This document shows, piece after piece, positions 39,089 through 47,960 of a DNA stretch of 64,000 nt. The position numbers and the translations under genes were made by a program. The DNA is taken from assembly GCA_963828735.1 (NCBI GenBank), contig CAWHFW010000005.1, positions 1,440,001 to 1,504,000 of the forward strand. Direction: 5' to 3'. The notes below the pieces were generated by a model, which saw nothing but the letters and a program-made list of their open reading frames with translations, was not told the origin of the DNA and made no database searches. This DNA comes from an uncultured Gemmatimonadales bacterium (GTDB lineage: Bacteria > Gemmatimonadota > Gemmatimonadetes > Gemmatimonadales > GWC2-71-9). The first letter of the stretch is position 1. Each line of letters opens with the position of its first letter.

Positions 39089-40096
39089 ATGACGCCCACG
39101 CCGTTCGCGGACGACGCCATGCAGCAGCTCCGGGAGCTGGTGCGAGCGGGCCGCTTCAGCGAGGCACTGGAGTGGTATCGCGGCGTCGAGACGACGCCGG
39201 CGGGACGCCGCGGCGACGCGCGGCTGCTCGCCGCCACCGCCGCCACCCGACTGGGCGAGTTTCCCGTCGCCGAGACCCTGGCGGGCGAGGCGCTCGCGGC
39301 CTTCCGCGCGCGCGGCGATACCGACGGGAGGATGCGCGCGCTCAACCTGCTCGGCGTCATCCGGTTCGAGCGCGGCAGGCTGGGCGAGGCCGAGCAGTCG
39401 CTCGCGGAAGCGCTCAACCTGGCGACCCAGCTGGGTGACAGTCTCACCGCGGCGCGGGCGTGCAACAACCTTGCGTCTGCCATCCATCTGCGAGGCCGGC
39501 CGGGCGAGGCGCTGGGGCTCTACCGGGGGGCGCTCCTCGCCTACCAGCGTCTCGGCGACCGGCGCGGCACGGCGGAGGCGTACCACAACCTCGGGCTCAT
39601 CTACCGCCAGCTCGGCGACTGGCGAAGCGCGGAGGATGCCACCGGCGAGGCGCTGCGCCACGCCGAGGTCGTGGGCGAGCGCGGACTTCTCGCCCTCGCG
39701 ACCACTGGCCGGGCCGAGTTGATGGCGGAGCGCGCCCAGCTCCCGCAGGCGAGGCAGGAGCTGGAGCGTGCCGCCAGCTGGGCGGCCGAATCCGGCGACG
39801 AGGTTGGCCGCGCCGAAGTCGAGCGGGTCCGAGCGCTCGTGGCGTACAAGGATGGCCATCTGGAAGCCGCGCTCGAAGCGGCGGAGGCCGCCCTCGCGAC
39901 CGCCCGCACCTATGACAGCGCGCTGCTCGCCGCCGAATGCGCGGCGCTCGTCGCGCTCACGCTCAAGCGGCTCGGCCGTCACGCGGACGCGGATCGGCGC
40001 CGTGTCGAGGCGGAGGAGGGGTTCCGTCGGTTGGGAGCGGAGCCGCTCGTGAAGCGACTGACTGATGAATGGAAAAGGTCCGGTCGGAAGGGGTGA
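39089..40096 (+). CDS. Tetratricopeptide repeat protein
   Basis: ALNLLGVI, ACNNLASA, AYHNLGLIY TPR units; no signal peptide. Confidence 0.85.
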   Translation: MTPTPFADDAMQQLRELVRAGRFSEALEWYRGVETTPAGRRGDARLLAATAATRLGEFPVAETLAGEALAAFRARGDTDGRMRALNLLGVIRFERGRLGEAEQSLAEALNLATQLGDSLTAARACNNLASAIHLRGRPGEALGLYRGALLAYQRLGDRRGTAEAYHNLGLIYRQLGDWRSAEDATGEALRHAEVVGERGLLALATTGRAELMAERAQLPQARQELERAASWAAESGDEVGRAEVERVRALVAYKDGHLEAALEAAEAALATARTYDSALLAAECAALVALTLKRLGRHADADRRRVEAEEGFRRLGAEPLVKRLTDEWKRSGRKG

Positions 40097-40135
40097 GGGT
40101 GGATCGTGGGCCCGTAACTCACGATCCACCGCTCA
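40094..40135. terminator. Hairpin between convergent genes (bidirectional terminator-like)
   Basis: TGAGGGTGGATCGTG ... CACGATCCACCGCTCA long stem with one bulge. Confidence 0.55.
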
Positions 40136-40139
40136 TGGA

Positions 40140-42185
40140 TCATGATGCGACGGCATGCTCCTTCTGATTCTCGGCCGCCACCTTCGCTGCGACGTCGGGA
40201 GGCGCCTCGGCGTAGCTGTGAAACTTCTCGCGGTGCGCGCCGCGCCCGTGGGTGATGGAGTGCAGCGTCGTCGAGTACTTGTAGAGCTCGGCCTCGGGCA
40301 CGATCGCCCGCACCTTGGTGAGCCGGCCATCCTGCTCGGTGCCGAGGATCTGCCCGCGGCGGGCGCTGAGGTCGCCCATCACGTCGCCGAGCACGTCTTC
40401 CGGCGCCCAGGCCGTGACCTCGATCAACGGCTCGAGCAGCACCGGCCGCGCCTTGGGCGCCACGTTCCGGAAGGCCAGGATGCCGGCCATCTTGAACGAC
40501 ATTTCGTTCGAGTCCACATCGTGGTACGAGCCGTCGAAGCACTCCACCTGGAAGTCCACCATCGGGTAGCCCGCCACCACGCCGCGCTCGGCTGATTCCT
40601 GGACGCCGCGGTCCACCGCCGGGATGTACTTGTTGGGGATGACACCGCCCACGATCTCGTCCACGAACTCGTAGCCGGCACCTCGCGGTCTCGGCGCCAT
40701 GCGGATCCAGCAGTCGCCGTATTGCCCGCGACCGCCGCTCTGCTTCTTGTGCTTCCCCTGGCCCTCGGCCTTGCCCTTGATGGTCTCGCGATAGGCGATG
40801 CGCGGTCGGGCGAGCTCAGCGTGGACGCCGTACTTCCGCTCGAGACGCTGCAGGATCGTCTCGAAGTGACGCTCGCCCATGCCGTGAATCAGCGTCTGGC
40901 CCAGCTCGGAGCTGTATTCGAAATGGAAGGTCGGGTCTTCCTCGTGGAGCTTGTGCAGCCCGGCCGCCAGCTTGTCTTCCTCGCCCCGCTGCTTCACGAC
41001 CACGGCGGACGTGGCCTCCGATTCCGGCAGCGGAATGGGCGGCAGGCGCAGGGGCGCGTCGCGCCGGCTGAACGTGTCACCCGTGTGCGTGTCCTTGAGC
41101 TTGGCGACCGAACCGATGTCGCCCGCGCTCAGGCGCTCGACCTCGATCCGCTCCTTGCCTTGCTGGATCGACAGGTGGTTCAGCTTCTCGGCCACCTCGT
41201 GCTCGGCGTTCCAGACTTCGTCGCCATTACGGATGTCGCCCGCATACGAGCGGAACAGGGTCACGTCGCCCACGTGCGGCTCGGACATGGTCTTGAAGAC
41301 CCGCCCGACCAGCGGCGCCTCGAGGGGCGACGGGCGCTCGGCCGGCGAGGGGAACAGCTCCACCATCTTGCGCAGCAACGTCCGGAGCCCGAACGTCTGC
41401 GTCGCGCTGCCGCAGAAGAGCGGCACGATCTGCCCGGCGAGCATCGCCTTCTTGACCGCGCCGATGAACTGCTCGCGCGGAATCTCCTCACCCGCGAGGT
41501 AGCGCTCGATCAGGTCGTCGTCCGTCGAGGCGACGGCCTCGGTCAGGTGCTCGTTGTATTCCTGGAAGCGTGCCTGATACTCGTCTGGAATCGGCACCAC
41601 CTCGTTCTCGCCTTTGCTCGCCCCCTTCTTGTAGAGGTGGCAGTGACCCGAAAACAGGTTGATGATGCCGTGGAAGTCGGGGCCGTCACCGATCGGGACC
41701 TCGACCGGCACGACCTTGGGGGTCAGATGGGCCTTCACGTTGGTGAAGACCCGCTCGAAGTCCGCGTGCTCCTTGTCCATGAGGGAGACGAACAGGAGTC
41801 GGGGCAGATGCAGCTGGTCGCAGACTTCCCAGGCGCGTTCGGTGCCCACCTCCACCCCGCTCGTGCCGCTCAGCACGACGACGGCGGCGTCGGCCGCGTG
41901 CAGGCCGGTCACGACTTCGCCGAAGTAGTCGAGGTAACCCGGAGTGTCGATGAGGTTGAGCTTGGTATCCATCCACTCGGCGTAGCCGAGCGCGAGGTTG
42001 ATCGAGTGCTGCCTGGCGATTTCGTCCGGGGAGTAGTCGGTGAGCGTGGTACCGTCTTTGATGCTGCCGTGGCGCCGGCTGGATCCGGATACCCAGGCGA
42101 GGGCGTCGACGAGCGACGTCTTGCCGCTGGCCCCGTGGCCGACGAACGCCACGTTGCGAATGGCGTTGGAGCCATAGACCCTCAT
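40140..42185 (-). CDS. fusA: Elongation factor G-like protein (EF-G2 type, stand-alone)
   Basis: GHGASGKT, DTPGY, GMGERH, YRETI, HKKQSGGRGQYG, DGSYHDVDS, LLEP; SD AGGAGG. Confidence 0.9.
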   Translation of the reverse strand: MRVYGSNAIRNVAFVGHGASGKTSLVDALAWVSGSSRRHGSIKDGTTLTDYSPDEIARQHSINLALGYAEWMDTKLNLIDTPGYLDYFGEVVTGLHAADAAVVVLSGTSGVEVGTERAWEVCDQLHLPRLLFVSLMDKEHADFERVFTNVKAHLTPKVVPVEVPIGDGPDFHGIINLFSGHCHLYKKGASKGENEVVPIPDEYQARFQEYNEHLTEAVASTDDDLIERYLAGEEIPREQFIGAVKKAMLAGQIVPLFCGSATQTFGLRTLLRKMVELFPSPAERPSPLEAPLVGRVFKTMSEPHVGDVTLFRSYAGDIRNGDEVWNAEHEVAEKLNHLSIQQGKERIEVERLSAGDIGSVAKLKDTHTGDTFSRRDAPLRLPPIPLPESEATSAVVVKQRGEEDKLAAGLHKLHEEDPTFHFEYSSELGQTLIHGMGERHFETILQRLERKYGVHAELARPRIAYRETIKGKAEGQGKHKKQSGGRGQYGDCWIRMAPRPRGAGYEFVDEIVGGVIPNKYIPAVDRGVQESAERGVVAGYPMVDFQVECFDGSYHDVDSNEMSFKMAGILAFRNVAPKARPVLLEPLIEVTAWAPEDVLGDVMGDLSARRGQILGTEQDGRLTKVRAIVPEAELYKYSTTLHSITHGRGAHREKFHSYAEAPPDVAAKVAAENQKEHAVAS

Positions 42186-42217
42186 GGCCTCCACCTCCTT
42201 GCGAATGTTGGATTCTC

Positions 42218-42246
42218 AAGGTGGCGGGCGGCCGTGGAGTTGTCAA
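42218..42246 (-). promoter_or_regulatory. sigma70-type promoter for EF-G paralog
   Basis: TTGACA-N17-CACCTT on minus strand. Confidence 0.55.
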
Positions 42247-42480
42247 ATCACGGATCGTCGCCGCTCGTGGCTCGTTGCAGACGGACCGCGCCGGGGACCT
42301 GCAGACCGGCGCCGCCGGGAGCAGGCAGGCACTCGGCGGCCAGGACCGTATCGGCCACGGCCAGCCCGCCGAGCCTGAGAGTAAGGAGCGCCGATCGGAA
42401 TCGGTCGCACCTGACGTGGGCGAGGTGCACCCGAACCAGGAAGATCCTCCAGCTCGAGTCCCATCCGTCAGGGAGGCCCC

Positions 42481-44376
42481 TCAGCGGTATCCCGCCGCCT
42501 GCAGCTGAAACAGCTCCGCGTACAACCCGCCCTGCGCCACCAGTGCCTCGTGGGTGCCGTGCTCGACCAGCTCGCCGTCGCGGAGCACCAGAATCCGGTC
42601 CGCCATGCGCACCGTGCTGAACCGATGGGAGATGAGCACCGCCATCCGCCCGGCCGTGAGCTCCGAGAACCGCAGGAAGACCCCGTACTCCGCCCGGGCG
42701 TCGAGCGCGGCCGTCGGCTCGTCGAGGATGAGCAGCTGCGCATCCCGCATGTACGCGCGCGCCAGCGCCACCTTCTGCCACTCCCCGCCGGAGAGATCCA
42801 CCCCGTTCTCGAAGCGGCGGCCGAGCATCTGGTCGTAGCGGCCCGCGAGCCGGGCGGCCACCGTGTCGGCCAGGCTCCGCTGGGCCGCCGTCTCGATCCG
42901 CGGCTCGTCCTCCCGCGCCGCGATGTTGCCGACGGCGATGTTCTCCTTGAGCAGGAAGTCGTAGCGGACGAAGTCCTGAAAGATGACCCCGACGTTGCGG
43001 CGCAGGCTGTCCACGTCGTACTCCCGGAGATCAACCCCGTCCAGCAGGATACGTCCTTCGGTGGGGTCGTAAAGCCTGGCGAGCAGCTTCACCAGCGTCG
43101 TCTTTCCCGCGCCGTTCTCGCCCACGAGCGCGAGGCGCTCGCCTTGGGCCAGGGAGAAATCGAGGTGACGCACCGCCCATCCCTCGGCGCCGGGATAACG
43201 GAACCCCACGTCCTCGAACACGAATCCCGTTCGGATTGGCTCGGGGACCTTCCGGCCCTCGGGGTTCCGGCGGATCCCCGGCTCGAGCTCGAGAAAGGAG
43301 AAGAGGTCGTCGAGATAGAGGCTTTGCTCGAATACCTGCGACAGCGACAGCAGCACCCGCTGGATCAGGTCGCGGCTCTGCCGGAACGAGCCCGCGAGAA
43401 ACGTGAGCACGCCGATCGTGAAGAGCCCCGCGGGCGAGCGGTAGCCGGTGACGGTGAGGTAGATGATGACCGCGTACGCGCCATAGTATCCCAGCGTACC
43501 GAGCGCGGCGAGGAGCGTCGAGACGAAGCTCCGCCGCACCGCCAGGCGCTTGTTGGCCTCGTAGAATTCCTGGCTCAACCGGTCGTAGCGGTCCACCAGA
43601 AAGTCCGACAGCCCGAAGAGCTTGAGCTCCTTGGCGGAGATGTCGCTGGCCCCGATGTAGCGGAGGTAGTCGAGCTGTCGCCGCTCCGGCGTCCAGGAGT
43701 ACAGCAGCGAGTAGCCGAGCGAGGCGAAGTGGGTCTCGCCCAGCAGGGACGGGAGCACTGCGATCACGAGCAGGACAAGCAGCCAGGGGACGTAGACGGT
43801 GAGCGCGGCCGCCAGGGTCGCCAGCGTGATCGCGTCCTGGACCGTGGCGAGCAGGAGGGTGAAGAGCCCGATCCGGCCCACCGTCTGCCGCCGCGCGCGT
43901 TCGAGCTTGTCGTAGACTTCCGAGTCCTCGAATTGCTCGAGGTCGAGCGTCGCGGCGTGCCGCATGAGCTCGACGCTGGTCTGATTCGCGAACAGGTCCC
44001 CCAGCAGGCTCTCGAGCAGCGCCGAGAGCCGCGCGAGCGCCTCGCCGATGAGGGCCACCGCGAGCTCGAGCGCCAGCAGCTCGACGAGCCGCCGCCAGTC
44101 CACCGTGCCGCCGTGGCCCGCCACGCCGATCGCCCGGACCACCTCGTCGACGATCAGCTTGCCGATCCAGAGGACCACCAGCGGCACGAACGAGCGAGCC
44201 ACCCGCAGCACCAGGATGCCGGCGACGTAGCGCGGCTCCGAGTGCCACACCAGCCGGAGCAGGCGTGGGACGTGCTTCAACGCGTCGACGCGTTCGCGCC
44301 ACCCCGGCTTGGGCGTGTCGGGCTTACGGGCCCCCCGGTTGGGCCGTACGATTGGGTGCTGAAGCGGCAACGTCAT
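42481..44376 (-). CDS. ABC exporter, fused permease/ATP-binding protein
   Basis: N-terminal TM domain; GENGAGKTT, LSGGEWQK, ILDEPTA, ISHRFST. Confidence 0.92.
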   Translation of the reverse strand: MTLPLQHPIVRPNRGARKPDTPKPGWRERVDALKHVPRLLRLVWHSEPRYVAGILVLRVARSFVPLVVLWIGKLIVDEVVRAIGVAGHGGTVDWRRLVELLALELAVALIGEALARLSALLESLLGDLFANQTSVELMRHAATLDLEQFEDSEVYDKLERARRQTVGRIGLFTLLLATVQDAITLATLAAALTVYVPWLLVLLVIAVLPSLLGETHFASLGYSLLYSWTPERRQLDYLRYIGASDISAKELKLFGLSDFLVDRYDRLSQEFYEANKRLAVRRSFVSTLLAALGTLGYYGAYAVIIYLTVTGYRSPAGLFTIGVLTFLAGSFRQSRDLIQRVLLSLSQVFEQSLYLDDLFSFLELEPGIRRNPEGRKVPEPIRTGFVFEDVGFRYPGAEGWAVRHLDFSLAQGERLALVGENGAGKTTLVKLLARLYDPTEGRILLDGVDLREYDVDSLRRNVGVIFQDFVRYDFLLKENIAVGNIAAREDEPRIETAAQRSLADTVAARLAGRYDQMLGRRFENGVDLSGGEWQKVALARAYMRDAQLLILDEPTAALDARAEYGVFLRFSELTAGRMAVLISHRFSTVRMADRILVLRDGELVEHGTHEALVAQGGLYAELFQLQAAGYR

Positions 44377-44407
44377 CCTGAGGAAGCTAATCGCCGGAGA
44401 CGCCCCG

Positions 44408-45016
44408 ATGCCTCACATCGATTGGTCCAGCCTGTGGTTCAACCTGGCGCACTTCGGCACGCCGGACAGCACGACGCACCCGGTCTCCCTCGCGGAGAAA
44501 GTGCTGCGCCCGGCGATCGTGTACCTGCTGCTGGTTTTCCTGCTGCGGCGGATGGGCAGGCGCATTCTGGCGCAGCTCAACCCCTTCGATTTCGTCGTCC
44601 TGCTCACGCTCTCGAACACGGTCCAGAACGCGATCATCGGGAACGACACGTCCCTCCTGGGCGGCGCGATCGGGGCGGGCGCGCTGATCGCGGTCAACGC
44701 GCTGCTGGTCCGGTTCTACTATCGCGGCCCCGAGGTGCAGCAGCTCTCCAAGGCGGACCTGGATGCGGTCCTGATCGCGGGAGGCCAGCCGCAGGAGCGG
44801 GAGATGCGCCGGCTCCACATCAACGCAGGCGAGCTCACGGCCAAGGCGCACGAGCGTGGGTTCGACAGCCTGGATGAGGTCGACTTCGCGGTGCTCTACC
44901 CCAACGGGACCATCTATTTCCGCGGCAAGGAGTCGGCGTCGGAGAACGCGCACTACGAGGAGATCATCCGGCGCCTCGATTCGCTCGGCGCCCAGGTCGC
45001 GGCGCTCCGCGGATAG
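44408..45016 (+). CDS. DUF421/YetF family membrane protein
   Basis: LRRMGRR.LAQLNPFDFVVLLTLSNTVQNAII; three TM helices and soluble C-terminus. Confidence 0.85.
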   Translation: MPHIDWSSLWFNLAHFGTPDSTTHPVSLAEKVLRPAIVYLLLVFLLRRMGRRILAQLNPFDFVVLLTLSNTVQNAIIGNDTSLLGGAIGAGALIAVNALLVRFYYRGPEVQQLSKADLDAVLIAGGQPQEREMRRLHINAGELTAKAHERGFDSLDEVDFAVLYPNGTIYFRGKESASENAHYEEIIRRLDSLGAQVAALRG

Positions 45017-45086
45017 ATCGGCCGCCCGCCGCGCGCGAGGACGGGTCGAGTTACCGCTCACTCCGGCGGCTCACTATCTTCCCGCC

Positions 45087-45797
45087 ATGCCACCCACCAC
45101 CACCGCGTTCGTCACCGGCGCGACCGAAGGGATCGGTCGCGCCACCGCCTTCGCCCTCGGGCGCGCCGGCTTCGCCGTGGGCGTTTGCGCCCGCACGGCC
45201 AATCGGGTGGACGGGCTCGTCGCCGAGCTCCGCGCCGAGGGGATCGCCGCGGCGGGCGCCGCCGCCGATGTGGGCCAGCCGGAGGCCGTGACACGGGCGG
45301 TCGCCCACGTGTCCGAGGAGCTCGGCGAGATCGGGCTTCTGGTCAACAACGCGGGCGTGCTGATCGCTCGGCCGTTCGAGGAGCTGACCCTCGAGGACTG
45401 GGACACCACGATGGCCACCAACCTGCGCAGCCTCTACCTGGTGACGCGGGCCGTCCTCCCTGGAATGCGCCGGCGGCGCGAGGGCACGGTGGTGAACGTC
45501 GCGAGCCTGGCCGGCCGGAACGGCTTCGTCGGCGGAACTGCCTACACGGCCTCCAAGCATGCCGTGCTCGGCTTCGCCCGCTCGCTGATGCTCGAGGTCC
45601 GGAAGGAAGGCATCCGGGTGATCACGATATGCCCGGGCTCCGTGGACACCGATCTGCTCCGCGACCAGCCCATGCTCAAGTCCGATCCGCAGCGCATCCT
45701 TCAGGCGGACGATGTGGCGCAGGCCGTCGTCGACGCGGTCCGGCTCCCGTCCCGCGCCCTGGTCAGCGAGATCGACCTCCGGCCGACCAACCCGTAG
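45087..45797 (+). CDS. Short-chain dehydrogenase/reductase
   Basis: TGATEGIG, LVNNAG, S...YTASK, ICPGSVDT. Confidence 0.92.
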   Translation: MPPTTTAFVTGATEGIGRATAFALGRAGFAVGVCARTANRVDGLVAELRAEGIAAAGAAADVGQPEAVTRAVAHVSEELGEIGLLVNNAGVLIARPFEELTLEDWDTTMATNLRSLYLVTRAVLPGMRRRREGTVVNVASLAGRNGFVGGTAYTASKHAVLGFARSLMLEVRKEGIRVITICPGSVDTDLLRDQPMLKSDPQRILQADDVAQAVVDAVRLPSRALVSEIDLRPTNP

Positions 45798-45799
45798 CC

Positions 45800-46015
45800 G
45801 TGCCGGGCATCTTCGTCAGCATGTGCGTCTGTCGCCATATGCCATTCGAGCGGCTGCTGCCGCTCGCACGCGCCGGTGGTTGGGGACTCGACGAGATCGC
45901 CCGCGCGACCGGGTGCGGCGCGGGCTGCGGCCTTTGCCGCCCCTACCTGCGGCGGATGCTGGCCACCGGCGAGACCGAATTCCACGAGCTGCTGGTCGAG
46001 GATCACGACGCGTGA
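45800..46015 (+). CDS. BFD-like [2Fe-2S]-binding small protein
   Basis: CVC ... TGCGAGCGLCRPYL; GTG 2 nt after SDR stop. Confidence 0.8.
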   Translation: MPGIFVSMCVCRHMPFERLLPLARAGGWGLDEIARATGCGAGCGLCRPYLRRMLATGETEFHELLVEDHDA

Positions 46016-46124
46016 GCCGGCCGATTCGAATCCGGCGCCTCCTCGGCCACGGCCGTCTTCCAGTTCAGCTCCCTACCGAACGCCCGGTCCGCCACGTTTC
46101 GGTCGGCGACGCGGAATGAAGCCC

Positions 46125-46153
46125 TTGAACACTCAGGGCCGCAGGTCCACCTT
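46125..46153 (+). promoter_or_regulatory. Promoter implying a leaderless mRNA for RAPP leader 1
   Basis: TTGAAC-N17-CACCTT, ATG 7 nt after the -10 box. Confidence 0.5.
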
Positions 46154-46160
46154 TCAGCCG

Positions 46161-46499
46161 ATGCCATTCGGCCGCCTTCTCCGGCTGTTCCTCCTGGCCC
46201 TCCCGCTCACGCTGGGCATGGCCAGAGGCGCGGAGCATTCCCGCCCCGCGGCGGCCGATCCGGTCTCCACCATCAGCGCTCCGCGGGAATCGCTCCCGCC
46301 GCCGGTCCACGACGAGGCGACCTGCGCCTTCTGCCAGGCCGCCATTTTCCCGCCCTGCGCCCCACAGCCGACGACCGTCTCGCTCGACGCGCTCGGCGTC
46401 GTTCGCCAGGAGTGCGCCGCGGCCGACGAGGCCACGCCGCACTTCACTACCCACCGCCTCACCACCACCCGGGCACCACCTACGCTCCGTTCGGCCTGA
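46161..46499 (+). CDS. DUF2946-like leader protein (signal peptide, H-x4-CxxC, C-terminal RAPP)
   Basis: MPFGRLLRLFLLALPLTLG...HDEATCAFCQ...TTRAPPTLRSA*. Confidence 0.75.
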   Translation: MPFGRLLRLFLLALPLTLGMARGAEHSRPAAADPVSTISAPRESLPPPVHDEATCAFCQAAIFPPCAPQPTTVSLDALGVVRQECAAADEATPHFTTHRLTTTRAPPTLRSA

Positions 46500-46547
46500 C
46501 GCGCGCGCCCATTCCGGGCGCGCCACTCAACCGTACTCGGAGCGTCC

Positions 46548-47960
46548 ATGTCCGTCCGAATCCGGACGGTCGCCCTCCTTGCCTTCTGGCTGGGGGGGGC
46601 GACCGTCGCCAGAGCCCAGGTCCCCCGGGGTGCCACCGCTGATTCGGTGGCGCGAGGCCTGGGCCCGGCCGATTCGCTGGAGCTCACACTCAGGTCCGAC
46701 TGCGTGGGAGCGAACGCGGACACCACGACACCGGGATCCGCCGAGGTGCCCCGCGACCTGCTGTGCCTGACCCGCCAGCAAGCGATCGCTCAAGCGTTGG
46801 CCAAGAACCCCCAGCTCCAGGTGGCGGCTGAGCAGGTCGCCCAGGCGCACGCGCGAAAGGTCCAGGCCACTGCGATGCCTGACCCCCAGTTCGCCGCCGC
46901 CTTCGACCAATCGCAGGGCCTGTTCGGCGCCGGGGGCGCCAGCGAGCGGAGCCTCGCTGCGACCGTCACGATCCCGTTCATCGACAAGTTCCGACTGCAG
47001 GGCCGGGTCGGGACGGCGGACGTCCGCTCCGCCGACTTCTCCGCCGCACTGGTCCGGCAACAGCTCACCTCGGCGACTTCACAAACGTACGACTCGCTCC
47101 TCGCCTCGCTCCGCCGCGAGCGGGATCTGCGGGAGGCCAAGGCGCTGGCCCAGGACTTCGTGCGACGAGCGGAGGCGCGGTATAACGCCGGGACGACGCC
47201 GAAGCTCGACCTCGTGCGGGCGCAGGTGGAGCTGGCGCGGACCGAGAACGATCTCATCGGAAACGAGCGCGACGTGGCCAACGCGCGCGCGGCCCTCAAC
47301 CGGCTCGTCGGCCGTCCGCTCGGTGCCCCGATCGCCGCCGCCGATTCCCTGGGCGTGCCGCCGGCGCCGCCGGACCTCGACCGGCTCGTGGCCGCCGCCA
47401 TGGCCGCGCGGCCCGAGCTCGGGAGCCTGAAGAGTCAGGAGGCGGGCGCGCGCGCGGCCTCCGGACTGGCGCGGGAGTACTGGCTTCCCGATCTCACCGT
47501 CGGCATCAGCCATGATTACGCCGATCCCGGGCCAGGCTACATCTTCAGCGGCGTGTCGCTGCCGATCCCGCTCTTCTTCTGGAATCACTCGCGCGGAGAG
47601 ATCGCCGAGGCGCACCACCACGAGCTCGAGTTGGCAGCGGCGTACCAGGACCTCGAGCAGCAGGTGGGTCAGGACCTCCGCGCGGCCTATGCGGCCGCGG
47701 CCGCCGCCCTCCGCCAGGCCGTCTACATCCGCGACCAGATCCTCCCGCTCGCTCGCCAGGCCTACCACATCGCCTCCGTCAGCTATGGCCTCGGGGGCTC
47801 TTCGGCCCTGGACCTGCTGGACGCCCGGCGCAACCTGCTCGACGCGGAAAGCCAGTACACCGACGCGCTGGCGGCCGCCAACGATACCCGCGCGGAGCTC
47901 GAGCGCGCGGCCGCCACTCCGCTGGATTCGCTCGAGACCGGAGGCACCAATGACCGATAA
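46548..47960 (+). CDS. TolC family outer-membrane efflux protein (CzcC-like)
   Basis: Signal peptide; ALAKNPQL, ARYNAG....DLVRAQVE, SLPIPLFFWNHSRG, YGLGGSSALDLLDARR. Confidence 0.9.
   Translation: MSVRIRTVALLAFWLGGATVARAQVPRGATADSVARGLGPADSLELTLRSDCVGANADTTTPGSAEVPRDLLCLTRQQAIAQALAKNPQLQVAAEQVAQAHARKVQATAMPDPQFAAAFDQSQGLFGAGGASERSLAATVTIPFIDKFRLQGRVGTADVRSADFSAALVRQQLTSATSQTYDSLLASLRRERDLREAKALAQDFVRRAEARYNAGTTPKLDLVRAQVELARTENDLIGNERDVANARAALNRLVGRPLGAPIAAADSLGVPPAPPDLDRLVAAAMAARPELGSLKSQEAGARAASGLAREYWLPDLTVGISHDYADPGPGYIFSGVSLPIPLFFWNHSRGEIAEAHHHELELAAAYQDLEQQVGQDLRAAYAAAAAALRQAVYIRDQILPLARQAYHIASVSYGLGGSSALDLLDARRNLLDAESQYTDALAAANDTRAELERAAATPLDSLETGGTNDR

Noticed and set aside
42370..42450. 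Glycine (ACTCTCAGG, minus) or TPP (CTGAGA..ACCC.GAACC, plus) riboswitch fragments
   Set aside because: Other obligatory aptamer elements are missing, and the position does not fit: the fusA promoter lies downstream and no plus-strand gene follows.
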